The position numbers and the translations under genes were made by a program. Positions 1 through 10,972 of a DNA stretch of 64,000 nucleotides are shown piece after piece. The stretch's first letter is position 1, and each line of letters opens with the position of its first letter. The DNA is from Nemertoderma westbladi. Its lineage: Eukaryota; Animalia; Xenacoelomorpha. The stretch spans positions 1 through 64,000 of the forward strand of contig JAUCBJ010003414.1 in assembly GCA_032718475.1 (NCBI GenBank), given 5' to 3'. The notes under the pieces were generated by a model. That model was not told the origin of the DNA. It ran no database searches and was given only the letters and a program-made list of their open reading frames with translations.

Positions 1-1745
1 TTATCTTCCACAAGTTCTTTATGTTTTTGTAACAAATTGTTAAGCTGTACTGATTTACTTTACTTTAGATACTGTACTGTTTTAACAATACCATCAGCTT
101 CAATCTCAATTTGTTGAGAATTTGGATCAATTGTTTATAGTGAACAGTCCTCAAATTGGGGTAATATACCTCCCAAAACATTAAAATGAGAAATTAATGA
201 ATTAATTAACTTCTGTAATGACACAATGTCTGCCTCTAGATCTGCTTTTGTTTTTCCACCTGCCATTATTAACTTACTATTGTCCTAAATTGGATATTAT
301 TCAAAATAAATAAAAATTACAAACTTTGGCACGTCTGCCAAAACTGTAATGTCAGTATATAATCAACCACCAAGGTATATTATTGTAGTACAGTGTAATA
401 TTCGCATTCCACATATATAAAATAAACATATAGGGTAAACCCAAATAATTTATTCAGTCACACTGCAGGTTGAATTTGCTACATTTTTGCATTGATAAAT
501 TCGTAACTCAACCATATATATATATATTACAGTATTTAATTAATTTCCATACCGGTACCCATATAGCTCAAAATACTGGAATTCCAATTTAATTACAATT
601 ACTTAGTCGACTTAGGCCTCTTTTAACTGCATCTATAATGCTGTATGCTGATTGAAACTTGAAAGCGGATGGGTCGTCCTGCCCTATTCAATGCACTTTC
701 ACAAATAAATTATTTTCATAGTAACTCATTCAAATACGAAGTAGGTTTGCCATTTACCAGGCTATATAGCCTGTACGCAGTGGCGTTATCCTTCTTCCTG
801 TACGGTAACCAGGTAACATGCTATACCGTACTTATCCCAATCAAGCCAATGTATGCCAATATTAGGGTGGTCACCCTACACCCTAACAAAATATTCTGTC
901 TTAGTTCCTTGAATAACACGAATCAGCGAATAACGTAGCCTATTCGGGATGTGTTAGGTTAGGCTGTTAGGTACAATGGCCCAATGGCCAAATTAATTTC
1001 AATTTTGGTTTAAATACAATATTCGCTGAATATCGGGCTTTCTGCCTTCACCATACAGTCAAGACATCATCAGTAAGTAGATGTAGCTGTGTAGGATTGA
1101 ACCAGCAATTAAGCCTACCGGTACCGGTACTGATTTCATCACCAGTCAGCCAGTAAATTAAACAAAACCAAATACAGAAATAATGCCGTCAGTACAGCCG
1201 TAATATATACCGGTCTGCCGTAGGTACACCAAACCTGAATTACTGAATCGATATCTTCTCCGTTAGTCGCCTTTCTTGCAAACGTAAATGCAGTGTAGAA
1301 AGTGATCTTTACCCAGGGACGCCATGTTATAATCGGGATAGCGATCATAAAGTAGAAGTAACTGAAGTATAGAAAAAGTAAGCTACATACTGACATATGC
1401 GAAATATTGATATCCATCCAATCCAAACAAAGTATATTAAAATCAACACAGTCTAACCGTACTCATCCGGCCAGTTAGGTCCTAAAATATACTCAACATT
1501 GCTTATTTTATGTCCTTTTTAATATTTCGATGGACAGACAGACAGACATACAGACGGAAAACCAGCCATTACTCGAGAAGTAAAAGAGATCTCGCTAAGC
1601 CTTTTCCAGATTTGAAATCCGCATTAAATTCTACTCTAGATGAAATAAAAAAACAAAAAATGAAAATTTTGACCTGAGGGGGGGGGGGGGGGGGGTGTAC
1701 CCCCCCCCCCCCCCATAACTTCACAACAGTTATTTATAGCATTAC

Positions 1746-1871
1746 CTGAACAATTATATATACCATCTCCAGAATATCCCATGTTGCAGGTACAATTGTA
1801 TCCTCCATCAGTATTTGTACAGAATGCATTCATGTGACAGTCGTCTGTGTTGTCTAAACATTCATTTACAT
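1746..1871 (-). CDS. Host exon, calcium-binding EGF-like domain
   Basis: 126-nt AG...GT-bounded phase-1 exon encoding (D)VNECLDNTDDCHMNAFCTNTDGGYNCTCNMGYSGDGIYNCS; six Cys and DxNEC consensus. Confidence 0.9.
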
Positions 1872-2212
1872 CTAGAATGTAGAACAGTCGAAATACTCAT
1901 GAAATAAATTAATTACACTAAAATTTAACCTCTACGTTTATTTGGGATGCTGATTCTCTGAGAATACATTTTAAATTCCCTTGAACACTATGGATGAACG
2001 ATAGGATTTGAATTATGTCATGAATTTCACAGATGGGACTATTTATTATAAAGTTCTTAACATGGGTAATTTTGACAATGTTAAAAAAAATCATGTAACT
2101 ACTAACTATTATACATAAATATGTCCAGATGGCAGGATATTGCCTAGTCTTTCAAAATGATCAGTCATTTAATTCGATGTCAATGTATTATTATGAAAAG
2201 ATGTAGCATTAC

Positions 2213-2338
2213 CTGAACAGTTATATATACCATCTCCAGAATATCCCATGTTACAAGTACAATTGTATCCTCCATCTGTATTTGTACAGAATGCATTGTT
2301 GTGACAGTCATCTGTGTTGTCTAAACATTCATTTATAT
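2213..2338 (-). CDS. Host exon, calcium-binding EGF-like domain
   Basis: 126-nt phase-1 exon, (D)INECLDNTDDCHNNAFCTNTDGGYNCTCNMGYSGDGIYNCS, canonical splice sites. Confidence 0.9.
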
Positions 2339-2589
2339 CTAAAATGTAGAATAGTTAAAATATTAGTCAAAATACTAGTCTTTCATTTTATTTTACTTTG
2401 TATTAGAAATTATATAAAATTTTCCAGCTGATCTGATCCAAATCTCACATGGGATGATATTATATCATATCGATATGATCCCTAATATTTGAAGACCATG
2501 GCAATGCAAGGTGAAACATATAAGCAGTTCCAGTAAATGAATATAGCTATTGAGCATGATTCCGAAGTTGTGTAGATTAATAAGTAGAA

Positions 2590-2828
2590 GGCGGGGTAGC
2601 TCAGTTGGTTGAGCGCCGGGCCTGCAATCTATTGGTTGTAGGTTCAGCCCCGCCAGGGTCCACTCAGCCTTTCATCCACTGGGGTCGATGAAATGAGTAC
2701 CAGTTAAATAACTGGGAGCAAATCTTGGGATATGAGTAGCGCCCAGCCCTACCCTCAGGTAGCAGCTATCGAAAGAGGAGCCTTCGAGTCGCCTCCGGCT
2801 TCAGCCAACTGTTTGCTTTTTTTGCTTT
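2590..2828 (+). mobile_element. tRNA-derived SINE
   Basis: Head GGCGGGGTAGCTCAGTTGG (A box) and GGTTCAGCCCC (B box); central ACTCAGCCTTTCATCC..GGTCGATGAAATGAGTACCAG resembling a widely conserved animal SINE core; TTTGC/T-rich tail; 12-bp TSD TGTAGATTAATA at 2571-2582 and 2829-2840. Confidence 0.85.
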
Positions 2829-3657
2829 TGTAGATTAATAGGCCCATCTTTGTTAGACATACATGAGTAGAACAGCAACGGCATACCCCACTAGTAGTGG
2901 TAACTACAAAATGCAAGATGCAAGTACTTATCATTATTTATTAATTCCACAGTACCTCCTCTGTTTTTGAGCTTGTGATTGATGTCCATTTAATGTCGGT
3001 TTTAGGTACAGTTATAGATATCACGGACTGTGTTGGTATCCTTCGCTGGGTACAACTACTATCATGTCAAATGAGCTAGGACAATGGAAATGATTGAGTA
3101 TCCCCTTCGAGTTGGTCTATATATCTCATAGCCGGTTGCCATGGCACAATGCATACCTTATGTTCTCCCCCGAAATGAAGATCTGGTATGATTTCGCCTT
3201 TACTTCTCCAGCAGTACCTCCTGAATCATACACACATGTGGAGTGATGGTGATGATCCAGGCGTGCCCAAAGGTGTTGTCCCATCCAGTGGAGCCAGAAA
3301 CACAGCATATGCAGCATATTGAGTAGTTGCTACAGGATTATTGTACCACAAAGCTCGATGTTTTTGTTCAGTGTTGTCTACAGCTGGTAATTAAGTGTGG
3401 CCCTTAGTAGAGTGGTGTAACAACCATGCATTTGTTGCTCAAGTATTATTTTCAGTGTCCTGGTATAACCACTATATAAAATTACACTTTTCACTTATAT
3501 TTGATTAATATAATATTCAAATAATATTACAAATTATATCAGTTTTACAGCTGATCAGGTCCCTATCTCCAATTGGAAATCATATAATATATCTCGAAGA
3601 GTGGTAGTTCTGTAGTTCACTATGGTGTAGGAGGATTATAACAAATAAATGCATTAC

Positions 3658-3783
3658 CTGAACAATTAGATATACCATCTCCAGAATATCCCATGTTGCA
3701 GGTACAATTGTATCCTCCATCAGTATTTGTACAGAATGCATTCATGTGACAGTCATCTGTGTTGTCTAAACATTCATTTATAT
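3658..3783 (-). CDS. Host exon, calcium-binding EGF-like domain
   Basis: 126-nt phase-1 exon, paralog of 1746-1871, canonical splice sites. Confidence 0.9.
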
Positions 3784-4110
3784 CTAGAATGTAGAACAGT
3801 CGAAATACTCATGAAATAAATTAATTACACTAACATTTAACCTCTACGTTTATTTGTGATGCTAATTCTCTGAGAATACATTTTAAATTCCCTTGAAAAC
3901 AATGAATGAATGATAGGATTTGAATTAGGTCATGAATTTCACAGATGGACTATTTATTATAAAGTTCTTAACATGTGTAATTTTGACAAAGTTAAGAAAA
4001 AGTCATGTAACTATTATAAATATGTCCAGATGGCAGGATATTGCCTAGTCTTTCAAAATGATCAGTCATTTAATTCGATGTCAACGTATTATGAATAGAT
4101 ATAGCATTAC

Positions 4111-4236
4111 CTGAACAGTTATATATACCATCTCCAGAATATCCCATGTTACAAGTACAATTGTATCCTCCATCTGTATTTGTACAGAATGCATTGTTGT
4201 GACAGTCATCTGTGTTGTCTAAACATTCATTTATAT
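4111..4236 (-). CDS. Host exon, calcium-binding EGF-like domain
   Basis: 126-nt phase-1 exon, paralog of 2213-2338, canonical splice sites. Confidence 0.9.
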
Positions 4237-4731
4237 CTAAAATGTAGAATAGTTAAAATATTAGTCAAAATACTAGTCTTTCATTTTATTTTAATTTGTA
4301 TTAGAAATTATATCAAATTTTCCAACTGATCTGATCCAAATCTCACACATGGGATGACATGATATATTATATCGATATGATCCCTAATAATTGAATACCA
4401 TGGCAATGCAAGGTGAAACATATAAACAGTTCCAGTAAATGAATATAGCTATTGAGCATGATTCCGAAGTTGAATAGAGTAATAAATAGGTCCATCTTTG
4501 TTATAAATACATGAGTAGAATTACAATGGCATACCCCACTAGTAGTGGTAACTACACAATGCAAGATGCAAGTACTTAACATTATTTATTAATTCCACAG
4601 TGCCTCCTCTGTTTATGAGCTTGTGATTGATATCCATATAATGTAGATTTTAGGTACAGTCATAGCTATCACTGACTGTATTGGTATCCTTCCTGGGGTA
4701 CAACTACTACCATGTCGAATGAGCTAGGACA

Positions 4732-5138
4732 GTGTATAGCCAGATATTCCCATTGGTGATATCTCCTTTGCAGAAGTGAAGGCTGCTGCAAAGAGCATTA
4801 AGACCAATCATGCCAGTGGAGTAGATGGTGTTCCCCCTGAGGTCTTTAAAATACCTGAGTGTTTAAAGCTCATCTATCCCATCATAGTAGACATGTACCG
4901 AACAACAAGAGTCCCACAAGAAATGAAAACAAATAAGTTGGTGCCAGTTCCCAAGAAGGGCAACCTAACACTCTATGGTTCTTTTCGGGGAATCTCATTG
5001 ATCTCGATTGCTGCAAAGCTATACAATAGAATTCTATTAAATCGCATCAGGGATCCCATTGAGAGACTGCACCGTGGAAATCAGAATGGGTTCCGTAAAG
5101 TTCATGGGACCATGGAGCCCATTTTGGAACTTAGAAGG
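4732..5138 (+). mobile_element. RTE-clade LINE fragment (RT N-terminus)
   Basis: ASGVDGVPPE, VPVPKKGNL..YGSFRGISLISIAAKLYNRIL and QNGFRK motifs; cut off at the LTR remnant. Confidence 0.85.
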
Positions 5139-5199
5139 AGAAAGTTTTTACGTTAAACTACAAATGCTATCTAATAGTGAAATAATCCATCACCGCTCC
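5139..5199 (-). repeat. A1 3' LTR remnant (5139-5192) plus polypurine tract GGAGCGG (5193-5199)
   Basis: Matches the LTR start TGATGGATTATTTCAC seen at 16310, 25595 and 45353. Confidence 0.88.
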
Positions 5200-5831
5200 A
5201 TGAAAACAGTAAGTAAGACTGTTTTCACCAATCGAAATATAAACTATTTACAAAATACTTCTAAATCTACTGGTGGGGCCTAAAATATAAAATAATCACT
5301 ACCTAATTATTGCATACTTAATATTGCAGGTACAGCGTAAATACAATCTATCATACATACAAAATACAAATTTACCAATTAACTTTAGTGCATAAAATAC
5401 AAAAAAAGCTTTCGGTTAACAAGATAAGCAAATTAAACAAATCAGAACAAATCAAACAAATAATTTCAAGTTTTCAATAATCTTTATATATTGCAAATAT
5501 ACATAATAAATTTACCAAATTAAATCAGTCTTATAGAATAAACATAATACGCTAATATCTTTCAAATAAGTCTTAAAGTGTCCTCCTGACGAGCTAAAGT
5601 TCGTCCTGCTGGTCTGGATATCTTCTCCTGAGCACTAATTGCTAACGGTAGGCTCTCAAGCCTTCCTTCTCCATCTCACTCCTCCAAAACCAACGTTCAA
5701 TATAAATACCCAAATATAATATCCAAATATAAATATCCAATATAAATATCCAATATCAACATCCAAATAAAATATCCGAATATAATATCCAATTGGTAGG
5801 CTCGCAAGCCTTCCTTCTCTATCTCGCTCTC

Positions 5832-8495
5832 CTATTCCTTGGCCGAATGGGCTCGTACACGCCCTCTATTACGATTGGGTGGTGGTCGGGATCGAACTGG
5901 ACTCGGACTTCGGTGTCGAGCTGTCGGTGGTTCCAAAACGCTAGGAAAGGGGACGACGGGAGTTTTGCACATCCATCGTGCGCTCAGTCCTCTAAATCCT
6001 CGTCCGATTCCAATTGTTGGCTTAACATCGGATCGAGTCTCCACAACGCTGGGAGGAAGTCGAAAGGGTGGGACTGTTCCGTCCGCTGACACCTCGCTCT
6101 CTGATGTCGTCTGAATTCTAATGGGTTCCGGCAAAGCGTATCCTGTCCCTCAGCATTGTTCTCTAGCGAGGGAAACCGTGCCCCGAGTCATCCAGAGTTG
6201 CGACTTCGATGTTGTCCTCTCGGCGATATTTACTACCTTCTTTATCCCTTGTCCGGCCTTCTGGGCTCTAAGTATACGAAGTTGCGGATCATCCTGTGGG
6301 TGACGCGTCTTTTCGGCTAATGGCGTGGCCTTGAAGCCAGTCTCACGCAAAACGTCCGTCTCGTCTAAAATACACGAGGTTACGCGTTTGTGATAAAATG
6401 CGCTCCTGTATGCCCAAGCTATCGAATGCCAGGCTCCTCGATTCCGCTGTTCGACTCGCAATTTGTCGAATTCCCTGGCGGTAATCTTGTTCACCACAGT
6501 TTGTAAGTTCCAAGTGTTCTTGTTGTCGCGGTGTACCTGTAGAAAGTAGTCCCGCACAACCTTAAATCCGCTATACAATGGCAATATATCCAGCACCTCC
6601 AAGAGTTCATCATATTGAGGCATAGCTGACACGTATCCTTCCTTCGACATTGTGAGAGGGTTTACGGCCCAAAATCCCAAGTGTGCTCTCATAGGGAAAC
6701 GGCGTCGCTGTGTCGATACATGCTCATCTGCTAGATTCTCCCAATGGTCGAATAGCTGTCGAATGATTTTAACTGACATGTGCTCATAGGGGATGTCCCT
6801 AAGTTGACATTCGGATGCCCTATGACCTTTAATATTACAATATGTGCACTGCGCCACGAAATGCCAGCAAGTGTAGAAAATGTGCGAACGATGATCCCCG
6901 CACCAGTTACATACTAAGTCCGGTAGATATATGTGTTTCGCTCCGCATTTCTTTGTGTGGTGGCCAGTTGCCCCGCATCTGCCACAAATAGTGTTGGCAG
7001 GGTACCAAACTCGCTCATACTCAGTTCGCGTCTTCCTCGGAAGGTTCTCTATCTCTATGAGTTGCCGCAACGGTTCATCTATTATCGCAAACTCGGTTGG
7101 ATCCACATCGTCGTGATGGGGGGTAGGCTCGCGAGCCTTCCAGGATCCTTCTGGGCCTTTGAATTCTGCGTGGCGTTCCCCGTCGTAGGGTACTAACGTT
7201 AACATCGATGGTCTGTCGACTAGGGTTCCCGCGTGAGTGAGATAGATGTCCCTGAAAACGCTAAGTCCCGCTCGCGTGAAAACTTTGCAGTGCACATCGG
7301 TGTTGTAAAAGGGTTGGAGAAATGGGCGGAATACATCAGTATGCGTCCTTCCTCCGTCGTAAAAGGTATGTCCTTCACCGAGACATAACGGATGTCGCTT
7401 TAGAGTCCTAGACACTACATCGGCGATGAAACAAACATTTACCGAAGATTCTATCGCCAAATAGTATTGCAAGATTATTCGTGGAGGTGAAGTAATCGCC
7501 CAGTACACGCAACCTCGCCACTTTAGCTGTGACTCGAACTCGTTTACGCCGGGGGTATCTCCCTCTCCGTATATGTCCGTGTATTTGCTCCTCTTACTCT
7601 CCTTATAATCCCAACTAAACATTAGGTATGAGATATAACCCGTTCCATTTTTAGCGTGTTATACTCCCTAAAATATCCTCGCTCAATAGCCCAAAGCAAC
7701 AATGGTCTAGTATCCACGTATGGCATAGGCAATCGATCCTCTTCCGTGGGCATTCCTGCGAAATCGCTAATAAGGTCATCCCGTACACTGGATCCGATCT
7801 TGACGATGCTCTTATCAAGCACAAACGTCTCGTACGGCCTTTGGCAACATTCTAGCTTCTATGCTACAAGCCAGGTCCATGGATTTAACTATCCGTTTTA
7901 TCATCGCGTGTCTTTGCGTCGTTCCTTCCGGCATAGGCATCTTTCTGTCGCTCCTCTGTCGGCTGAAGACATGTAACACGCCATCTGGTGCTCGAATCTG
8001 TATGGTCTTCGAAGTGAGGCTTTGCTGATGGCTTCCTCCTTCATTATTGTAAAACATAAAACCATTCTCCTTCAGATATTGGCTAGTCGCGTCCCAATCG
8101 TCGAGTAAATCGTCGGTAGGGTTCCAAATTCTCCCTATTGACTTTTCATCATCGAAACTAATAGGTTTACCAGTCCAATTGGTCGCAATATCGGTGTCGG
8201 TCTCAAACGTTCCGACTCCAATCCATAATCGAATCATTTTCGTTAGATATCCTCGCAAGATACAAGGTGCGATATCCGTCCCCGCGCGATCCACTTCCTT
8301 AAAGTCCGTAATATGTGGAGGCACATTGCGTACGATTTTCTGAACTATCGTTCTATGCAACTCGGCTGACTCTAACACATTACCAAAGGTAACCGATGGG
8401 GGGAAATCCAGGTTCGAAATGATCTCCGGGTGTTCAACTGTAGGAATCTCATAAGTTGTCTCCTCTCGGGTCGGTATACTAATAGAGCTCGGGTG
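5832..8495 (-). pseudogene. Accessory ORF of family A: putative DEDDy 3'-5' exonuclease, three Cys/His knuckles and Arg/Ser/Pro-rich tail (two frameshifts, one stop)
   Basis: ORFs 7815-8378, 7622-7822, 6150-7622 and 5832-6134 join up; motifs ISFDDE, TIQIR...VF, LPKAVRDV/LDKSIVKIGSSVRDD, YVDT, W...LQYYLAIE; CGRCGATGHHTKKC, CNWCGDHRSHIFYTC, CTYCNIKGHRASEC; the stop at 6150 is a Gly codon in copy A2. Confidence 0.6.
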
Positions 8496-8503
8496 TCATC
8501 TCC

Positions 8504-9319
8504 TTAGGTTCGGTTTGATCTTGGGATATCCAGTAAAATGGTAGGCTCGCGAGCCTTCCGCTGAACTCCTCGATCTCGCCTTTCTCGTACGCCTTTTACG
8601 CCCTGTAGGCTCAAAGCTTCCCGTTTCTCTTGCGTCGACTTATTAGACTCGTCCACTACCATATTGTAGACGTCTGGTTCGACTAATTTAGGTTCGTAAA
8701 TAATGATCTCACCCGCGTTCGGTCCACTCATCTTGAACGAATGGTACGGATTCGTCAAAGGGTATCCGCCTTCTTGGTAATGCAGACTTTGGTGGTATGA
8801 GCATCGCGCTAATATCGGCTCGGGGTTTTCCGAGTTCAATCGCATAGGAATCGCGTTGTCTTGCTCGCGCATACATGCTCCACATTTGTAAAACAGTTTG
8901 TATATGGAGAACGCGTCCTTTGTCTCTGGATCCGCTCCTCGAGCGTGTCTATAAAGATGCATTCCATCGAATTCGTCCCTAGCTGCAGGCAAGGGTTCGT
9001 TCACCGTCAAATATTGCAGTGTATGATATAATCGGCGTATCTCCGTGTCTGGATCCTCGCAAATGTCACTGGCATCGCATAACGCATACAACGCATTGAA
9101 CTCCGCGCGTAATTCCTCCACTCTTTTGTTATAAGCGTCCAATCGCTGTTTTGTAACATTCGGGTCCGCCTTGGATTTAGCGAGCTTGGCTGTACTCCTA
9201 GCCATACTCTCCACTCCAAACATGCTAAAGTTTTTAGCTCCATAACGATTAAACGGCGCCTGGTGCTCCTGTTCCTGCGTAAATCCCTGACGTAACTCCT
9301 TATAAATCTTCTCCGCCAT
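8504..9319 (-). CDS. First accessory ORF of family A, unknown 271-aa protein with CxxC...CxxH
   Basis: ATG in good context (ACAATGG), open 271 codons, same strand as gag/pol, no signal peptide or TM segment visible; possibly the N-terminus of the downstream accessory frame. Confidence 0.6.
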   Translation of the reverse strand: MAEKIYKELRQGFTQEQEHQAPFNRYGAKNFSMFGVESMARSTAKLAKSKADPNVTKQRLDAYNKRVEELRAEFNALYALCDASDICEDPDTEIRRLYHTLQYLTVNEPLPAARDEFDGMHLYRHARGADPETKDAFSIYKLFYKCGACMREQDNAIPMRLNSENPEPILARCSYHQSLHYQEGGYPLTNPYHSFKMSGPNAGEIIIYEPKLVEPDVYNMVVDESNKSTQEKREALSLQGVKGVRERRDRGVQRKAREPTILLDIPRSNRT

Positions 9320-10054
9320 TGTATACGCGTATATATGGTTACATATCGTTACGTTTCTACTAGATGAAGCGCAAAATAGAGGTTAGATGTGAGGTGACTT
9401 AGAGTTTGTCGGCTTTTGGCTCAACTTTGCTCTAAAACCCCAACCCATTTGCCTAATGACTTCGGGTTCGCGTGATTTCGCACTGGCTCCTAATCCAACA
9501 AATTGTGCCGATAAAAAACGAATTCTGGGTAAACTAGCCGCGAGTCTAAAATACTCACCTTTTAATTTCCCAAACTACATTCCCAAATAAATAATGCAGT
9601 CGAGAATTAATTCAGTCTAAATAATAGTAGACACGACTACATAGAACAAGGCCGGTTTTCTTTTCCAAAAAAATTTGTCGGTAGGCTCGCAAGCCTTCCA
9701 TCCGCTCTTGTCCTCCCCAATTTTAATTTTTATCTAGCTGTATTCTAGAATTCGCATTCACTGGAGAATCATTTTTCTTAAATTTAAATCCAACTGAATG
9801 GATTTGTCTAATAATTTTGAAAATTGTCTCACTTGTGGGTTCCAAGTGGAATTCCATTCCTACTGTACACACAATCCCGCTCCTATGTGATACATAAGGG
9901 TACTACCCTCCATGTTCACATATAAAGACAATGGAATTCCACCGCTGTCTCTATCTACAGTGAAGAGGATTACAAATGCACATACAGTAATACAAAATAC
10001 TAAATTACTAAAATACGGTAAGGCTATGTGGCAGCCATCAAGGGTCCCACATCT

Positions 10055-10972
10055 CTATTTACTAATGTTGGGTGGAGATTTGTAGTCTCCTGTCTCGTTT
10101 CTAGTCTCCTCAAGGAGTACGAGACGTTGTACAGGCCTATCTACAGTATGTCCGTCGATAGTCCTTACAGTAACTGTCCTTACTACACCAGATGTAGGGT
10201 GCGTGGTCAAAATGACTCCAGTCAGCCAAAACCGTCGTTTCAGATTGGCTTCAGCCAATAAAACAAAGTCACCGCGTCTTAGACATCGGGTATTAAGATA
10301 CCAAGAGGTTCTGGTTGAAATAGAGGGCAAATAATACTTCTGCCATATTTCCCAGAATTTGTTTGCAAGTAGCTGAGTGATTTTCCAAGCCTTGTTGCCG
10401 TATCCGTCGCTATTAATGGGTACCGAAGTGGGCAACAATGTCATCGGCGCCTGCATAAGCAGGTGCGCTGGTGTCAAAGCAAACTGTGCGTCGTTATTGT
10501 CTGGGATCAAAGCGATCGGCGTGTGTTCAAAATCGCTTCGAATTCTATTAACAACGTCGTCAGTTGGTCGTCTGTCAAAATGTGTTGCGTCGGTATTACT
10601 TTAGCCATAGCTGTTTTGATTGAGCCAATCAGCCTTTCCCAAACGCCGCCTCTCCACGGACTGTCTGGAGTGTTGAAGTTCCAAACAATACGGTAAGGAC
10701 ATAGTTCCTCGGAAATCTGGTCTTGGTCCAACTTTCTTAAAGCTCTGGTTATCTCATTCCATGCACCCACAAAGTTTGTCCCTTGGTCACAATAAATGGA
10801 TTTGACCAATCCACGTCTAGCGATAAATCGCCGTAAGGCTAGGATAAAGGCATTGGTGGTCAAGTCTGTCACACGCTTTATATGGACAGCTCTGCTGGCC
10901 ATGCAAGTGAAGATTAATCCCCAACGTTTTACCTGTCCTGTACCCTTCCGCGTTTCGCGATAATGAGTCCAA
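10055..10972 (-). pseudogene. BEL/Pao integrase core and C-terminus (frameshifted)
   Basis: IYCDQGTNF, PWRGGVWERLI, EAILNTR, LTPAHLL, FWEIWQKYYL, W..GVI, VVRTVTV, RPVQRLVLLE. Confidence 0.92.

Larger units (their letters stand above)
1739..4731. repeat. Tandem duplication of a two-EGF-exon unit (about 1739-3083 and 3651-4731)
   Basis: Exons and flanking introns align between the units; only the first unit carries the SINE. Confidence 0.85.

Noticed and set aside
1-290. Minus-strand frame MAGGKTKADLE...
   Set aside because: Two in-frame stops, runs off the window edge and has no diagnostic motif; possibly a decayed TE ORF but unsupported.
1139-1426. Hydrophobic 95-aa ORF as a membrane protein
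   Set aside because: Non-ATG start, AT-rich composition, no supporting motif or splice context.
2590-2665. Functional tRNA gene
   Set aside because: Continues into a SINE body and tail and is bounded by a TSD.
5832-9319. env gene call for the accessory region
   Set aside because: No signal peptide, transmembrane anchor or fusion-protein pattern; it has nucleic-acid-binding motifs instead.
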